A stretch of 64,000 nucleotides of DNA from Azolla caroliniana (GCA_043228905.1 JBHGNT010000010.1:16182001-16246000), one strand, 5' to 3'; counted from the first letter of the stretch, positions 26,075 through 39,482 are shown. Numbers and translations are program-made. The notes: generated by a model from the letters alone, not told the origin.

Positions 26075-27519
26075 CCCCGTATATACAAGTTCCCAATGCT
26101 CTTCCACCTTAAGTGTGGTTTGTGAAGTCTTGTCATAGACATGCACTCAAATACGGTTCTTTCATAAGAATGCCTAATATTGTTTGACATCATTTACAGC
26201 TCACAATTAACTAGATATCACAATCTAGTTCTTCATGTAGCTAAATAGGTCACATGTATTACGTTAAAGTATGTTCACAAACCTTTTCACACACCATGGT
26301 TTTCTCTATAAGCACGTGTTTAGTGAGTTGAGCTTGATTCTCAACATGCCCCCTCCAGATGAATTGTGTGTTGTGGTAAGCTCGGTTGGTGTAATTGTTG
26401 ACTTGGTTGAAGTTGCTCGATCTGCTGGGCCGTGGTCTTTAAGTTGCTCCTCTATACTTGAACTCGATCATGAAAGTTCAATCTTGCCGAATCAAAGTCG
26501 ATGGGAAAATTCAAGAGTGCCTATGTTTTTTGCAGGGATTATCTGACTGGAATTTACTTTGGGTGCAGAGCTTGTGCTGGCCTTACCCCATCTCCCTTGT
26601 CTTTTGTCTTGTCACGGGTGTTGAGAATCAAGCTCAACTCGTGTAAAGAAGTGCTTATGGAGAAAAGCACGATGTGAGAAAAAGTGTGTGAGCACACTTT
26701 ATTGTAATCCATGTGATAGCTACAAGAAAAACTAGATTGTGACATGTAGTTGTCAAGTGTAAATGTGGTCAAAGAATGTTAGATATTCTTATGACAAAAT
26801 TGTACTTGAGTGGATGTCTATAAGTAGACTCCAGGCTGTTCCTTGAAGATTTGTATACAAAACCCACTTGGCCCATTGTTTTTGTTGATGATTTTTAGTT
26901 GATCAATATAGTTTTCTCTTCAGTGCATAAGTTGTCATCCCCCTACTGTGTATTTATTATTGGTTATTTTCTCTCATTTATTCTCCTGCTCGTATGCCGA
27001 TCTCACACACACACCACACTTCCACATAACCCAACTTTATGAGAGCTAGCCTTCTTTACATGATATCAGAGCGTGAGGGTTGGAGATCCTTGTAAAGGAT
27101 CTAACTCTCGTGGATTTGGGGTTGTGCGGAAGCGTAGTGTGTGTAAGAGTGGAGGTGTGAGCAAGATAAGGAATCAAACAAAATAACTAGAAATAATAAA
27201 ATACATGGTAGGGGGATGACAACTTACGCACTAAAGAGAAAACTATATTTATCAACTAAAAATCATCAACTAAACACAATGGGCCAAGGGGGTTTAATAT
27301 ACAAGCCCTCGAGGGATTGCCATATTAAATGTAGTTGGTGGAATCTAATCAAGATAACCCCTCGAGTATGACTCTATCGTAAGAATATTTGATATTCTTT
27401 GACGACATTTACACTTGATAACTACACAGACTACAGTAAAGTGTGCTGACACACTTTTTCACACAGTGTGCTTTTCTTCATAAGCACATGTTCACACGAG
27501 TTGAGCTTGATTCCCATCA
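26075..27519. mobile_element. Cluster of three family-A copia LTRs: - (~26075-26346), + (26619-27060 with PBS), - (~27130-27519)
   Basis: tgttgagaatcaagctc...ctttaca followed by tgatatcagagc; reverse copies on both sides. Confidence 0.8.
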
Positions 27520-27539
27520 ATGTTTAGATGGAGACATCC

Positions 27540-30500
27540 CAAGCTGGATGCTAGTTCGTAGAAATCTCCAGGCAACTTGTCTCGAACAATGGACATGGTA
27601 GCCTCATCCATCTTAAAAAATCCCTGGCCTTGCTTTTTCTTGTTCTCGTGGTCGGCCCACAATAATTGTAACTCGGTTGCTTGAGTCGACTACGTCTTCC
27701 AGCTGTTTACTAGTGACTTTGTGATTGCCTGGTACATTTTCTTCTTGTGTCTGCTCAATCTGGCTTGGTACTTTTGTTTGCCCATGTTGAGTCGATACTC
27801 CAGAGTACTAATTTCATCTTTTAACACTCTTGTCGTGCTGCTGCCAAGTCTTGCTCAAATTGCAGTTTTGCTTTTGCCACCATGAGTGAGGTTTGCACCT
27901 GCTCATATTTATGCATGAGCTGTTTGCAGCCTTGCTGAGTCATCTCCTCCTTTTCTGCTTCGAATCAAGCTGTATGTTTTTGGCATAACCCTTCCTGTGT
28001 TTTAATGTGCCTGTTGAGATCATCTATTATTCGTTGCTTCCGATTAAAATGTATTTTGAGAGTCATGTGTTGATCATTGAGTTGATCAAACTCCTCCTTT
28101 CGTGTTTGAAGCGTGTCATGGATTCGTTTCTGGAACCCGTCCACCTGTTGATGCGTCTTTGGAGTTGGTCTCTCATTCTTTGTAGTTCAGTGTCCGCCTC
28201 TTTTATTCGTTTATTGGCCTGGTCGATTATATCTTCTTTTTTTCGCAACTCCTCCCATACAATGGCCTGGTCGTGTTTGTAGTTTTTCTTCAGCTTCCTT
28301 AAGTTTCGACTCAGCTTGTTGTAGTCGGACAGTTAATTTTGCATTGTCTTGAGTAGCTTCGAACCACTCTTTCTTCATTAGTTCGGACACCTTTGTCATA
28401 CGTTTGCATACTTTGGCCATATATTTTGCTGCCTGAGTCGTTTTGTCCAGTTCTTGATGAACCTCGACCAATGTTGTATGCATAGGAGGAATTTGAATAG
28501 GCACCCCTTTATTTCTGACATCTCATTTTTGTCCGATTCTATTAAGCTCTCGTTCGTCTTCTGGCTCTATTTCCCCTAGTAGCGCGCATTGGATCATCTC
28601 TCAGTCCTTGTGTTCCTGCGCTAGGTAATTAGAGGCAAATTGTAGGCGTTTAGCTAACCAGTCGATGAGCTCATATGATGTGCCAAAACATAATATGGCC
28701 GCTATTTCATGAGCTGTTGGTGGTATGTCAGGCAGAGCTAAGACTTCATTCGTGGATATCTCTGACGATTTACCTCTCCATAGTGCCTGTCTGGGCATAT
28801 TCTACTATTCTACTAGTGTGACGTTATTTGTTGTTCCTTCTTGTTGTTGTGTTTGATGCTGTTTTACCAATCTTCTCTTCTTTTTCTTTGGCTGGTTCTG
28901 ATCTTCAGTCATTGTTTGTTTTCTTTTAGACATTTCCCAGTTGACACTATTTGCTGTGTGTCAACTTTGGGTTTGCTCTTTGTTCTCTGTCGACTTGTTG
29001 TGAAGTTAGCCGCCTCTTTTCTTTGGGGAGTGGTGGTTAGAATGTAGTCGTCTCCTCTTGTGATCCCCTTTCTTCCTGCTGTGTCCTGGGAGGTTGTTCT
29101 TCATCGATGGGTTGTTGCTGCTGGGCCCTTCGATTCTACGACTCTCTCAGTCGCCGGTCGCCCTGTTGTTGCCTGACTTTCTTGCCATTCCTCATGTGGT
29201 CCTGTCAATATTTGTCGCCTTGCCGACTGCTTTGGCAATGCTTGCGATGACTGCCCCTTTTGCTTTTCCGGGGTCTTACGTCCCTTGGTGGCTAATGGCA
29301 TTGGGCATAATAAAGTTAGCCATTGTGCAATAATCGGCTTCGTGGCTTTTCCTCCTGTAATGTATGAATCCTGCCTTCTGTTTTGGCATGCAGTAAGATT
29401 TCAGATTCATACATGCTACCTGCAACAAAAAATTTGCAACCTCTCGGAAGAAAACATCTGGACCTCCTTGAGTTCTATAAGCTTTTGCAGAAGGAGAATA
29501 CTCACCAAAATAAGATTTGAGGACCTCTGTTTCCAACGGGTCCATTTGATCGTCTTCACTGGTCTAATGAAACTAATGAAACCGACCTTTAATAGTTTGT
29601 TGATCTCCTCTTTCATTCGATATCAGCGTTGCTGAACTGGTTTGGCCTCTTTATTAAGGTGAATTTGATGCTAACAAAATGCTGGATCCAGCCCTTTCAT
29701 GTCTTCAAACGACCATTCAAAAACATCCTTATATTGGCGAAAAAACTTTACTAATTCGGCTTTATCGTTCGGTGGCATATCCTTAGCTATGAGCACTGTC
29801 TTCTGTTCACTGTACTCCCTGCAAGATTAAGTTCTTCCAGTGTTGAAGGTTTTACTCTTTGAAATACCTGCATCTCGTTTTCTATTGCTTCTTGCTGATG
29901 TTGCAATTCCTTCAAAGATTTAGGATCTAATTGATGAACCTGGTCCTCTGTTCCAAGATTCTCATTATTGATGTAAGGGTTGATAATTTCTACTACATCA
30001 ATTTCGAACAATGGTACTATTCTTGGGTTTTCCTCTAAATATTGCTTGATTTCACTATCTTCTAAGCCTTCCATCATAATTCCACATACAGAGGCACCAA
30101 TTCCTTTTTGGTTAACACCTTTTCTTGGGTAGAGACTCTTACTTTTGTCTTGCCTCTTCGGAATGAGATGACATTTTTTTGCTAATTTTGCTTGATATTA
30201 GCAGTTGGAAGCCATGGTTGGCCAAGTAGCAGTGGGTATGCCCCCGGTGCATCTAACTTCAGCACTACTGCCGATATGTGAAACAAGTGTCCCCCAATTG
30301 ATACTTCTAATTGTTGAATTGCCCTAATGGTCGTACTAAACTCGTATCAGCCATTCTTAGCCAAAATGGGCATACTTCCCAATCCGTAATTCCAAGTCGA
30401 TCACAGGTCGTCTTGTTTATGACATTGACTCCTGACCCGCCGTCGATGATGCTATGCAAGAGATCTTGGCCCCGTATGATGCTATCCATAATTGTTGGTC

Positions 30501-31805
30501 CCTTAATTTGATTAGTAAAATTGACTAACACCTGGTTCAACTCATTCTTTGTGATTATGTGTGCTACTTTTTCCGTAAATCGGGGCACTAATTTCAGTAA
30601 TCTTGCAAGAGGTAACGTGATTTACTGACACCTGGTTCAACTCATTCTTCGTTTCATCCTCTGTTGGTGATTGTCTCGCTACTTCTTCTGAGCGGATTTC
30701 CGAATTTACTGGTGTGTCATTTAGCTCTTTATTTTCTTGCAGCATTCTGGCGACATTGTTCTTATTAGCTTCGTCTACCCATTCTTTAACAGCCTTTCGA
30801 ATTGCTTCCTGCATTTCCCACTCTGTCTGCTTGCTGGACCTCTACGGTTACGATATTTACTGCTGGGGCTTTACGTTTTTCCTTTGTCGGACACTGATTT
30901 GCATAGTGACCGTCTTTTCTACAGATATAGCAAATAGGTTCAGTCAGCCCACTGGCTTCCCCTTTTTTCGTAATGCGATTGTCGAACATCCTGTGGCTCT
31001 GGTTTGTCTCGGGCACGAGAATTATATTGAAACTGCCTGGAGGCTTTAGGTTGTCTATTGTCATCTCATCGTTCGTCACTAAATCGATGATTAGGTTATC
31101 GATTGTCATCATGCCTCCATTGCTCGTAAGATCGTCTGTCATCCTGATGTCTCGAGTCTTTGTACTGTCATCGATCATTTTTATCATAGCGAGGTGAGTA
31201 ATCACGCTCATATTTGTGACGACTATCCCTTATGTAGTCATCTTGGTGGTCATTGTCCCTTCGATAATCATTGTGCCGCTTATCCCTTCGATAATCATCT
31301 CGTCGATTTCGATCCAGGGTGACTGAGTGTCTTCCTGAAACCAGGGCGTTTGACGACTTCTGTCATTTCTGCGATCGTCATGTGGTTCTATCTGCCTTAT
31401 TGGAGCCGCGACTTTGTTCAGGAGATTATATTCACACAGGTTAATTGTGTGTGCCTTCGAATGGCAGATTGGACTTTGCGTACTCAGTGTGCATTCTACT
31501 GAAGAATGCCCTGGATTCAAGCATGTGGTGCATTCAATTGCTTGCCAGAACCTTAATTCTTCCGGATTTGGTAATGATTTCTGTAATGATGTCATAGACA
31601 TACTATTACTTGTTTATGTTATATACATTATGAGTGCTTTGTCGATCACCTATTCCAGTGATTATTCTTTAAAATAAAAAACGGCTAATGTAGTCGGGAG
31701 TGGCTCTTGGAGTGCTAACTACCTCTGAAGATTTTGAAACCGAATAATAAATTGTGGAACTGTCTCATGAGCTTCTTGGTAAGCGGCATAGAATTGGCTC
31801 ATGAG
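27540..31805 (-). mobile_element. Decayed Ty3/gypsy internal region (gag, zinc knuckles, protease, start of RT, extra downstream ORF)
   Basis: CYICRKDGHYANQC, SIIDGGSGVNVI, KEEINKLLKVGFI; coiled-coil-like ORF remnants 27600-29545. Confidence 0.8.
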
Positions 31806-33034
31806 TTCATAGATGTATAATCCCGGATATTCATTTCCAATTCAGCATTTTATTCAACTTAGGGAAATATCACTCCCCATGCCTTATAATCATTTTTCGT
31901 CCACATAAACTTGATTCCTCAATTTCCTTCTGATTGAAGCAAAGGAAGAGAATTCATAGATGTATAATCCCGGATGTAAACTTAATTCATATAGTAAAAG
32001 TACAAACCATAAAATGTGACTAATGCCATCCTGACCAAAAGGTGACGTGTTTTTGTCTAAACCCTTGGAACACACACTTATTTTATTAGTTTTTTCAGCT
32101 TAACTCTCAATACCTTTACTTCTAATAATATAACTAATCCTTATAATCTTAAAATGACAATAATACACTCTGCTCAAGATCTTGCAATAAATAAATTTTC
32201 TATTTGAAAAGAAATTTAAAATAGGCTAGTTCCATGCAATTTTAATTGTTCTAAAAGTATATAACTTTTACGTCCTGACAGTCATCAAATCAAAGGGCAT
32301 TTAATTTATAGACCTGTCTCCCCAACTATTGTATTTGCTGTGAGTTCCATGAATTAACACTTTCTGCTATTGGAAGAGTTTAACTTATTGAAAATGCATT
32401 AACACTTCCTGTGGTTTGTATAGTTTGGCTCTCTTTATATCTGTTTGTCACAATCTTACGCTTCACTCCGATTTGACGTCATGAACTCTGGTAGGAACTT
32501 GTTTTTCCTTATTCTATACATTTTCTTTTGAAAATGTTTTTGTGCTGGTCTTCATACGCATATTTTACATAAATATAGCCTAGCCCCTAATTTCTCATAT
32601 CCAGAATGTGACCATAGTACCTTATTTTAACTTTTCACAATTGATACAGTTCTTGTGTCATGTCATAAACCTGCCATCAAGTGAGCTTTGCCTTTTCTGA
32701 GTCCTAGTATAGACTACCTAGCGTTATTGTGATCTTTTTTCTCAAACCATAATAGCTCATGAGAATGTAGAGTGTGTGTCTTCAGTTAGTTGATTGGAAG
32801 CTTCAATCTACATGCCACGGCTGATGTTTATATAGTTAAAATATTATGTCTGCATATGCCTGACGCAATAGTGACAGAAAGTAAAGCTGCAGTATATTTT
32901 CTGCAGTATATTTTCAATTCTGTGCATTTTCTGACATATGTTAGATGCTTAGAGAAGAATAATCAAATATTTATCTACACCATTAGAAGTCCATATAGTT
33001 GAAAATAATATGATAAAGCTTATTGTTATTGCAG

Positions 33035-33180
33035 CAAATAACCACACTGGCAGGGAATCTTGTTCCAAGCTTATTTATTTGGGAGGTCCTTTTTACCATG
33101 GGCATTATTGGTCTAGGATTATTACTATTTGCTTTGCTTATTGGAAATGTGCAGAACTTTTTGCAATCATTGGGGAGAAG
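33035..33180 (+). CDS. CNGC: CNGC exon 6 (AGN filter, S6)
   Basis: tgcag|QITTLAGNLVPSLFIWEVLFTMGIIGLGLLLFALLIGNVQNFLQSLGR|gtaat. Confidence 0.92.
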
Positions 33181-33296
33181 GTAATACATTTATGATTCAT
33201 CATTTTGGATTATTTTGTAAAATTCCAGGTTAGTTTTTCTTTTGAAGGATTAAGAACGTTTTATTTTAATCACCATCTCAATGTGCCTGTGTATAG

Positions 33297-33870
33297 AAAG
33301 AAAGAAAGAAAGAAAGAAAGATATATTAATGTCTTTTAAGAGGCCAAAATGACCTATAAGACCAAACAAGAGATTACATCTTAAGTGTTGTCTCGTCCTT
33401 GAGAACAACAAATCAAAATAAAATAAATATTACTCCGTAAATATAAAAGTAAATAAGATAAAAAGAGATTAGGGAGACTGGTTTTCGGCACATGTGAGAT
33501 TCTCAAGTTAGATGTATCATAACTTTTGTCTTCGAAAGATCTCTAGCATAGGTCGATCCAGAAAGGAAAGGTCTCCGAAGCAAAGGAAGCACCTTCGATG
33601 GCGGGAGATAATGGCTTTTATCTGTCCATGACAAGGGTGTTGAAGTCGTGGTCCATGGGGTTACAGTAAGAAAGAAAGATATGTACTGTCTTTTAAGAGG
33701 CCAAAATGGCCTATAAGACCAAACAAGAGATTACACCTTGAAATGTTGTCTCATCTTTGAGAACAGCAAACCAAAATAAACATAACTAAGACGAGGCTAA
33801 AGAATCTCGTGACAGTACATGTATGATTCTCAAGTGGGAAGCACCTGTGATGGCTGGAGATAATGGCTTT
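33297..33870 (-). mobile_element. Two tandem LINE A 3'-end fragments
   Basis: (GAAA)n plus 3' UTR at 33297 and 33668. Confidence 0.85.
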
Positions 33871-34387
33871 CACCACCACCCCAACACCCATTATGTTTTT
33901 CAGAAATGGGTTTATAGAAAAAAAAATGCTGTTTATGATGTATTATAGAAGAAAAACCATTTTCTATGATTATGTTTTGGTATTTCAGTATTTTTGTTCG
34001 GTAAGGTATGATTATTACCTTGAAAAGCTGCTATAGTTATTTCTTCATACCTGTATCTACAGGGAATCAGCCCAATTTTTAGATGCTTAGATAAATGACA
34101 CCTTTAATGGGCACATTGTTATTTCCTAGCTTAGAAAACCAATCTTTATTGCGTGGAGAACCATCATTGGAATAGCTGATCCTTCATCTCAAAACGTTTA
34201 AATCATGATCAGGAAAAAGAAGTTTTCTTCTTTCATGAATGGATGCGGAAACATTTCCCTCAATGATTTCCGCAGTTATCATTGCCTAGGAATATTAGGG
34301 AGTTCTCATGGGAAATTAATTTTATGTGTCTCCCATGTGTATTTTTGTAATATGAAAAATTTCTTCTTTTTGTTTTTCATATTTAAG

Positions 34388-34465
34388 GCAAATGGACATG
34401 CATCTGCGAAGGTATGATGTGGAAGTCTGGATGAAATGACGTAACCTTTCCCAAGAACTGAAGAG
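34388..34465 (+). CDS. CNGC: CNGC exon 7 (C-linker) with in-frame TGA
   Basis: ttaag|(R)QMDMHLRRYDVEVWMK*RNLSQELK(R)|gtatt, 78 bp, phase 2-2. Confidence 0.88.
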
Positions 34466-34537
34466 GTATTTTCTCTACCTCTTTTCATATCATTATTTTA
34501 TATATTTGTACCAACTTTTATCCCCATATCCTTGCAG

Positions 34538-34664
34538 GAAGGTGCGACAGGCAGAAAGGTATAAATGGGCAGCCACAAGAGGAGTAAATGAGGGAGAATT
34601 ACTTGAAGGATTGCCTGAAGATTTACATAAAGAAATTAGGCGTGAACTGGCCTATGCTAAAGAT
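34538..34664 (+). CDS. CNGC: CNGC exon 8
   Basis: KVRQAERYKWAATRGVNEGELLEGLPEDLHKEIRRELAYAKD|gtaaac. Confidence 0.92.
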
Positions 34665-34946
34665 GTAAACCTAAACCCTACTTTCCATTCATTTTCGTGC
34701 TCGCTATAATGCTCGAGTGAAGTGATTGCCTGTAATGAAATCCTGGAGCATCTCTGAATTGGGGGGTTCTATTAGGAGCAATTCTTAAGTTCACTCCGTT
34801 TTGTGGTTGGAGCAATGTTATTTCATATTGAACTTACTATCATTCATAAGAGCATATTTGCATGATGGTACTCATATTTTTATTTTAAGTGCAGACGTCC
34901 AAACACTAGAAATATTAAACTAGATGAAATGTTATGTTCCATCCAG

Positions 34947-35190
34947 GTGCGCATTTTTCAAGTTATGGAAAAGGATGTTCTTGATGCTATTCTTGAACGC
35001 TTACATCAGAAGGTCTATATTAAGAACAGTGTAATCATTCAACCTCACTATTCTGTGGATCGTATGCTATTCATTGTTCGAGGAGAGCTTGTAAGTGTCA
35101 ATGATGATGGTAGCAAGGATGAACTTACTGGAGGAAGTTTTTGTGGAGAAGAACTATTTATGTTCTGCCTGAAGCATCATATCAAATCAG
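34947..35190 (+). CDS. CNGC: CNGC exon 9 (CNBD)
   Basis: VRIFQVMEKDVLDAILERL...MLFIVRGEL...GSFCGEELF. Confidence 0.92.
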
Positions 35191-35604
35191 GTATTATCAT
35201 TCATCCTACTAAGTCCAGTATAATCATTTATTCTTTAGAGATAGAAATTGGTTTATCGCATTCTTTATTAAATTGTATATTTTTATAAAATCTACACATT
35301 AATGTATCCATTGTGAAGCTTTGTTGTCAGCACACTTATATAAGGTGTGTTTGATTTTACACTGAGCATGACAAAACTACCTGTTAAAATTGAATATCTA
35401 AAAAGTAATAACTTTTGTACTTGCAGTATAACTTATTCCTAAGTTCTGCATAATAGTGTACTTTTCAGTGTCTTTCCACTACACTTGTATTCTATTCTAT
35501 GTGAGTCAATTGTTTCTCTCGTTAACTCTTATCTATTTTCGATTTTGAACATCATTTTTCATTTATCTTTTTCGTTTACTATTAGTTATGAATGCATTGT
35601 GCAG

Positions 35605-35761
35605 AACCTGGGATGAACATGAAACGTGGAGTTTTCTCAACTAGGACCGTTGAATGTGTTACCAATGTTGAGGCATTCTCATTGGAAGCTGAGGATTTAG
35701 TGTTTTTGGTTAATCAGTTTAACCATCATTTGAAAAACCCGAGAATTCAAGGTGCAATAAG
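35605..35761 (+). CDS. CNGC: CNGC exon 10 (CNBD hinge)
   Basis: FSTRTVECVTNVEAFSLEAEDL...NPRIQGAI(R)|gtat. Confidence 0.92.
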
Positions 35762-35965
35762 GTATATCCTAGCTCCCACTACTACTTTTATCTTCGTTTT
35801 ATGGAGCTAGTCAAAGATTCTAGAAAAACGTGATCAAATCACTTACGAATAAATAGCTATATGCATACACTAATAAATTTTAGAAAAGAACTCAAAATAC
35901 ATTGGTATTTTTCATAATGCCCCTAAGTTTTTTTTATTGCCGCCAATGATCATGCTACATAATAG

Positions 35966-36050
35966 GTATGAGTCCCCGTTTTATAAGAATGTGGCTGTGC
36001 GTTGTATTCAAGGAGCATGGAGAAGACGGATGTCTGCCAAAAGGGTATAG
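35966..36050 (+). CDS. CNGC: CNGC last exon (IQ motif)
   Basis: aatag|(R)YESPFYKNVAVRCIQGAWRRRMSAKRV*. Confidence 0.9.
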
Positions 36051-39041
36051 AGTGCAAATGTGATATAGCTACCTGTGTGCCCATGAAGGCTACTTAATGT
36101 AAATACTTCTTTCCTTCATCTGGAAGTCAAATTTCATATCTTAAAAGCTTTTGTAAATCCCTTTGGAAGAAGATAAAATACCACAATGAATAAGACTCAT
36201 GTGTTTGAGATCTTGTGCAACATTTGCATCACTCTACCCTCTGCATCTCATTTCACTACCTGTATTTGTGGGGGGGAGATTTTATTATTGCCCTTCCCAT
36301 GGAGGTCAAATATATTATTATAGAAGCAAAATACACATTTTAATGTATGTGTTACAAATTTGATAGAATCAACACTTCATAAGAATTGCAACTTAAATCA
36401 TTACATTGCATTTTAACACCATAATAGGTAAAATGTCTGTATTGTTTTGGTATTGTTGAGATGTCAGTATTCAAAATATGAGGAAAATGCCCACATTTCC
36501 ATTTGCATGTGCAGGTGCCCTATATTGGCATATAAAAGATTGGTGCCTACTTGGCCTTATTAAGTGGGTTATAAATAGACTTGAAGCATGTGAAGCTTTC
36601 CATTGTATTCAACAATGAGGTATGATGTATCAAACTGGTATATGAAGGTTGGATTACCATTGTAGTCTGCCACAAAGTTGATGTCATGTAGATAGGACTA
36701 CATCTAACAAAACCATTTCTCATTTGACGAAAAGCAAGAAAAAAATCATTTAAAATGAAGAAATTGAAAAGGTATTAAGAGACCAGATTTCTTATATATA
36801 TCATTAATTGGGATGCTGTCCAATTGGTTTCCATAATAGCAGTCTTTTTGGGTCCGATAAACACAGGTTCTTGAAACATGGTATAGAACAACAAAGTCAA
36901 TAACAATTCTGTATGCTAGACATCCTAAAAAGAGACAATGCTATACATGGTACACATAATTCATGGCAAACAAAACTGTTCAGTTATACCAATGCAAAAA
37001 TAGAAGGGCAAGAGGAAAGACGATGAAGAAAAGAATGATGAAAGTCCAATTAATGTTGGATCAATCAATCATTTTGCGTATCTCTTTGTTTCCTTTATCC
37101 ACATTTTCTGTTGCAGCCACCTACATCAAGTAGACCAGTGAAAAAAAAACAAGTCTTACAAGAGAGAAAAAATGTAATAAACACTAACTGTTGAAGAGAA
37201 GGAAAATAGAATTGATAGAATATGCGATGTTTTCCTCATTTAAAGGCACCGTATGCCACCATGATATTAAAAAAAAACTCACAACGACACCATTACAATC
37301 AAGTAAACAGGCATTAAAAATATGACCATAACAGTAGATCTTAGAGCTGAAAAAAGGGGAAGCGGGGTATGTACATGAAAATAGCATCTGCCTGCATGAT
37401 TTTGTATAAAATAAATAAATGGCAAAACTGCTGATATAGTATTTCAATTTGTTGCGCTTGCTGAAGAACATGGGTTGAAGACAAGTGATTTAAAGCTTGA
37501 TCATCTTTCTGTCTCTTGTGCAGAATCTAGTAGATTCGTAAGCTCCACCTATCACATGTTTTTCACACGGATTTGTTCATGGAAGGACAATGTGTATATA
37601 AATATACATGTGCATAATGCTGTATGTATATGCATGTAAGCATGACAATTATGTATTACTGCAAGGCATGAATCTCATCATCCAACTGATGCTTTGATTC
37701 AAATTCAGACTGAGTTTCTTGTCTAGTTTCCTTTACAATATCAACTCCTATTCATATATACCCTCTGTGCAACCATCCCTTTTCTCCATCATGGCATAGT
37801 TTTTCCAATAGCTTCTTGAAATCGCACCGCACGTAAGCCATCAAAATATGCAGTCACTGAATGCAACCGTTCACTCAGAATAAGCATCTGGAAAACATAG
37901 CTAATTTAAAATGTTTATTTTCATTAACTAAAATTTGATTCACTTGCAATTTTCAACATCTCGAAAAGGGTAAAATGACATGGTGACTAATTACGATGAT
38001 TCTTTTTTTAAAGGTTCTCTACAAATATGTCCTTAACTAGTGTACAAGGAAAATGGGCAATTGAAAGTAAAATGTAGCAAGATGAGAATATTTAGAAGCC
38101 AAAGATAGACGCAATTTATTGTACAGAATACATCTCCACAAATGATAATAGTATTCAAAGCTCACATATATTCAAACACCAACAGTAATGGTGGCCCCAC
38201 TCCATGCATTAGCAGTCTCTTTTCATCTTTGCTAGATAATATATTTTTTGCTTATACCAGTATATTGTAGCACCATGAAAGGATAGATCAGGAAAGTCCA
38301 TAAATCAAAATCTCTTTGAAGAGCTCTTCTTATACATAAATTTAGCTCTTCTAATACTATAGATATTCATGTCAAGTCACACATCAGCAAGGAAACCAAG
38401 AGGAAATCATACCACACCATGCTCGTGTGCAACTAAATCAGCATTAGAAGAATTGCCAATGACTCCACTAAGCCATTTGCTTTGACCTCCTGATTCATCT
38501 CTGCCAATGGTATTCTTCAAAATTTCTACACGTTCCTTGACAAGTCTTAACAAACATTCCCATCTGAAATGAGTAAGAAAGCATACTGTTGCTCAGTTCC
38601 CAGATTATCCTGTTTCATGAACTACATCCTTATTTGCCGGCAGTTATGCAGACATTTATCCTATATATGCAACCCAGAAGAACATTCATCTTATTCCATA
38701 TAAGAAACGTATCAATAAAAAATAATTTCATCAATTTCTTTCATAATATCCGGTAGAAAGAAAGAAAATACATCAAGCGAACAAAATGAAAGAAGAAAAT
38801 TAGTATTACAAATTTAAAATTTTAAAGCAGCATACCTCATGCTCAATGCTGTCTCGATCTTGTTCGTTACAATGTACGAGAAAGTATCTCTAGTTGGAAA
38901 CTATGGGCTCTAATAGCAGGAGCAGAACATGCCAATGACAGAGAAGCAAAAAAACTTAGAAAAGTCAGAATATATCAGCATATCGCTCCTGGTACTGAGC
39001 ATTTAAATAACATTGCAGCTGGAAATCAAGTCAAAAGGCTG

Positions 39042-39163
39042 AAAGAAAGAGAGAAATATATATATATATTAATGTCTTTTAAGAGGCCAAAATGGCCTAC
39101 AAGAGCAAACAAGAGATTACATCTTAAGTGTTGTCTCGTCTTTGAGAACAACAAATCAAAATA
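39042..39163 (-). mobile_element. ~120-bp LINE A 3' terminus
   Basis: Matches the LINE A 3' UTR and tail. Confidence 0.8.
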
Positions 39164-39482
39164 ATTATTAATGTTATATTGAAATAGTATTCTTTAAGAT
39201 AATAATGTGAGAAAACTGTTACGAACAGTAATAACGTGCAAAGAGGCTTCCAGCAGCAGAAAAATAAACTAAACAAGGAGTATTTTTTTAGTGACGCTAA
39301 AAGCCTTGAAATACAAAAATGAGACTGCAGGTTCATTGCAGATGCATTTATGAAAGGGAATAAACTATGTCTTGGAGCATAATGAATTGAAATAGTTGAG
39401 CACTGAAGACAAAACAACAATTAGTAAATGTTGTAATGAAGTATTGGCAGGTTCAAAAGTCAAATGAAATTAATGTTGGAAT

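Larger units (their letters stand above)
553..36050 (+). pseudogene. CNGC: CNGC19/20-like (group IV-A) cyclic nucleotide-gated channel locus, 11 exons, ~571 codons, one in-frame TGA at 34437-34439; 5' exons may lie upstream of the window
   Basis: Exons join in frame through GT-AG introns: S1 VNPHSKAVQRWNKFFVIACLVAIFVDPLFF, pore FWGF..QITTLAGN, C-linker WAATRGVNE, CNBD FCGEEL..STRTVEC..VEAFSL, IQ motif CIQGAWRRR. Labelled pseudogene only because of the stop. Confidence 0.9.

Noticed and set aside
34437-37791. Nuclear U-to-C editing or TGA recoding rescuing the stops in both genes
   Set aside because: The SYP81 copy also has frameshifts and lost donors, and TEs here show the same C>T stops; methylation decay is sufficient. 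U-to-C editing is established only for organelles.
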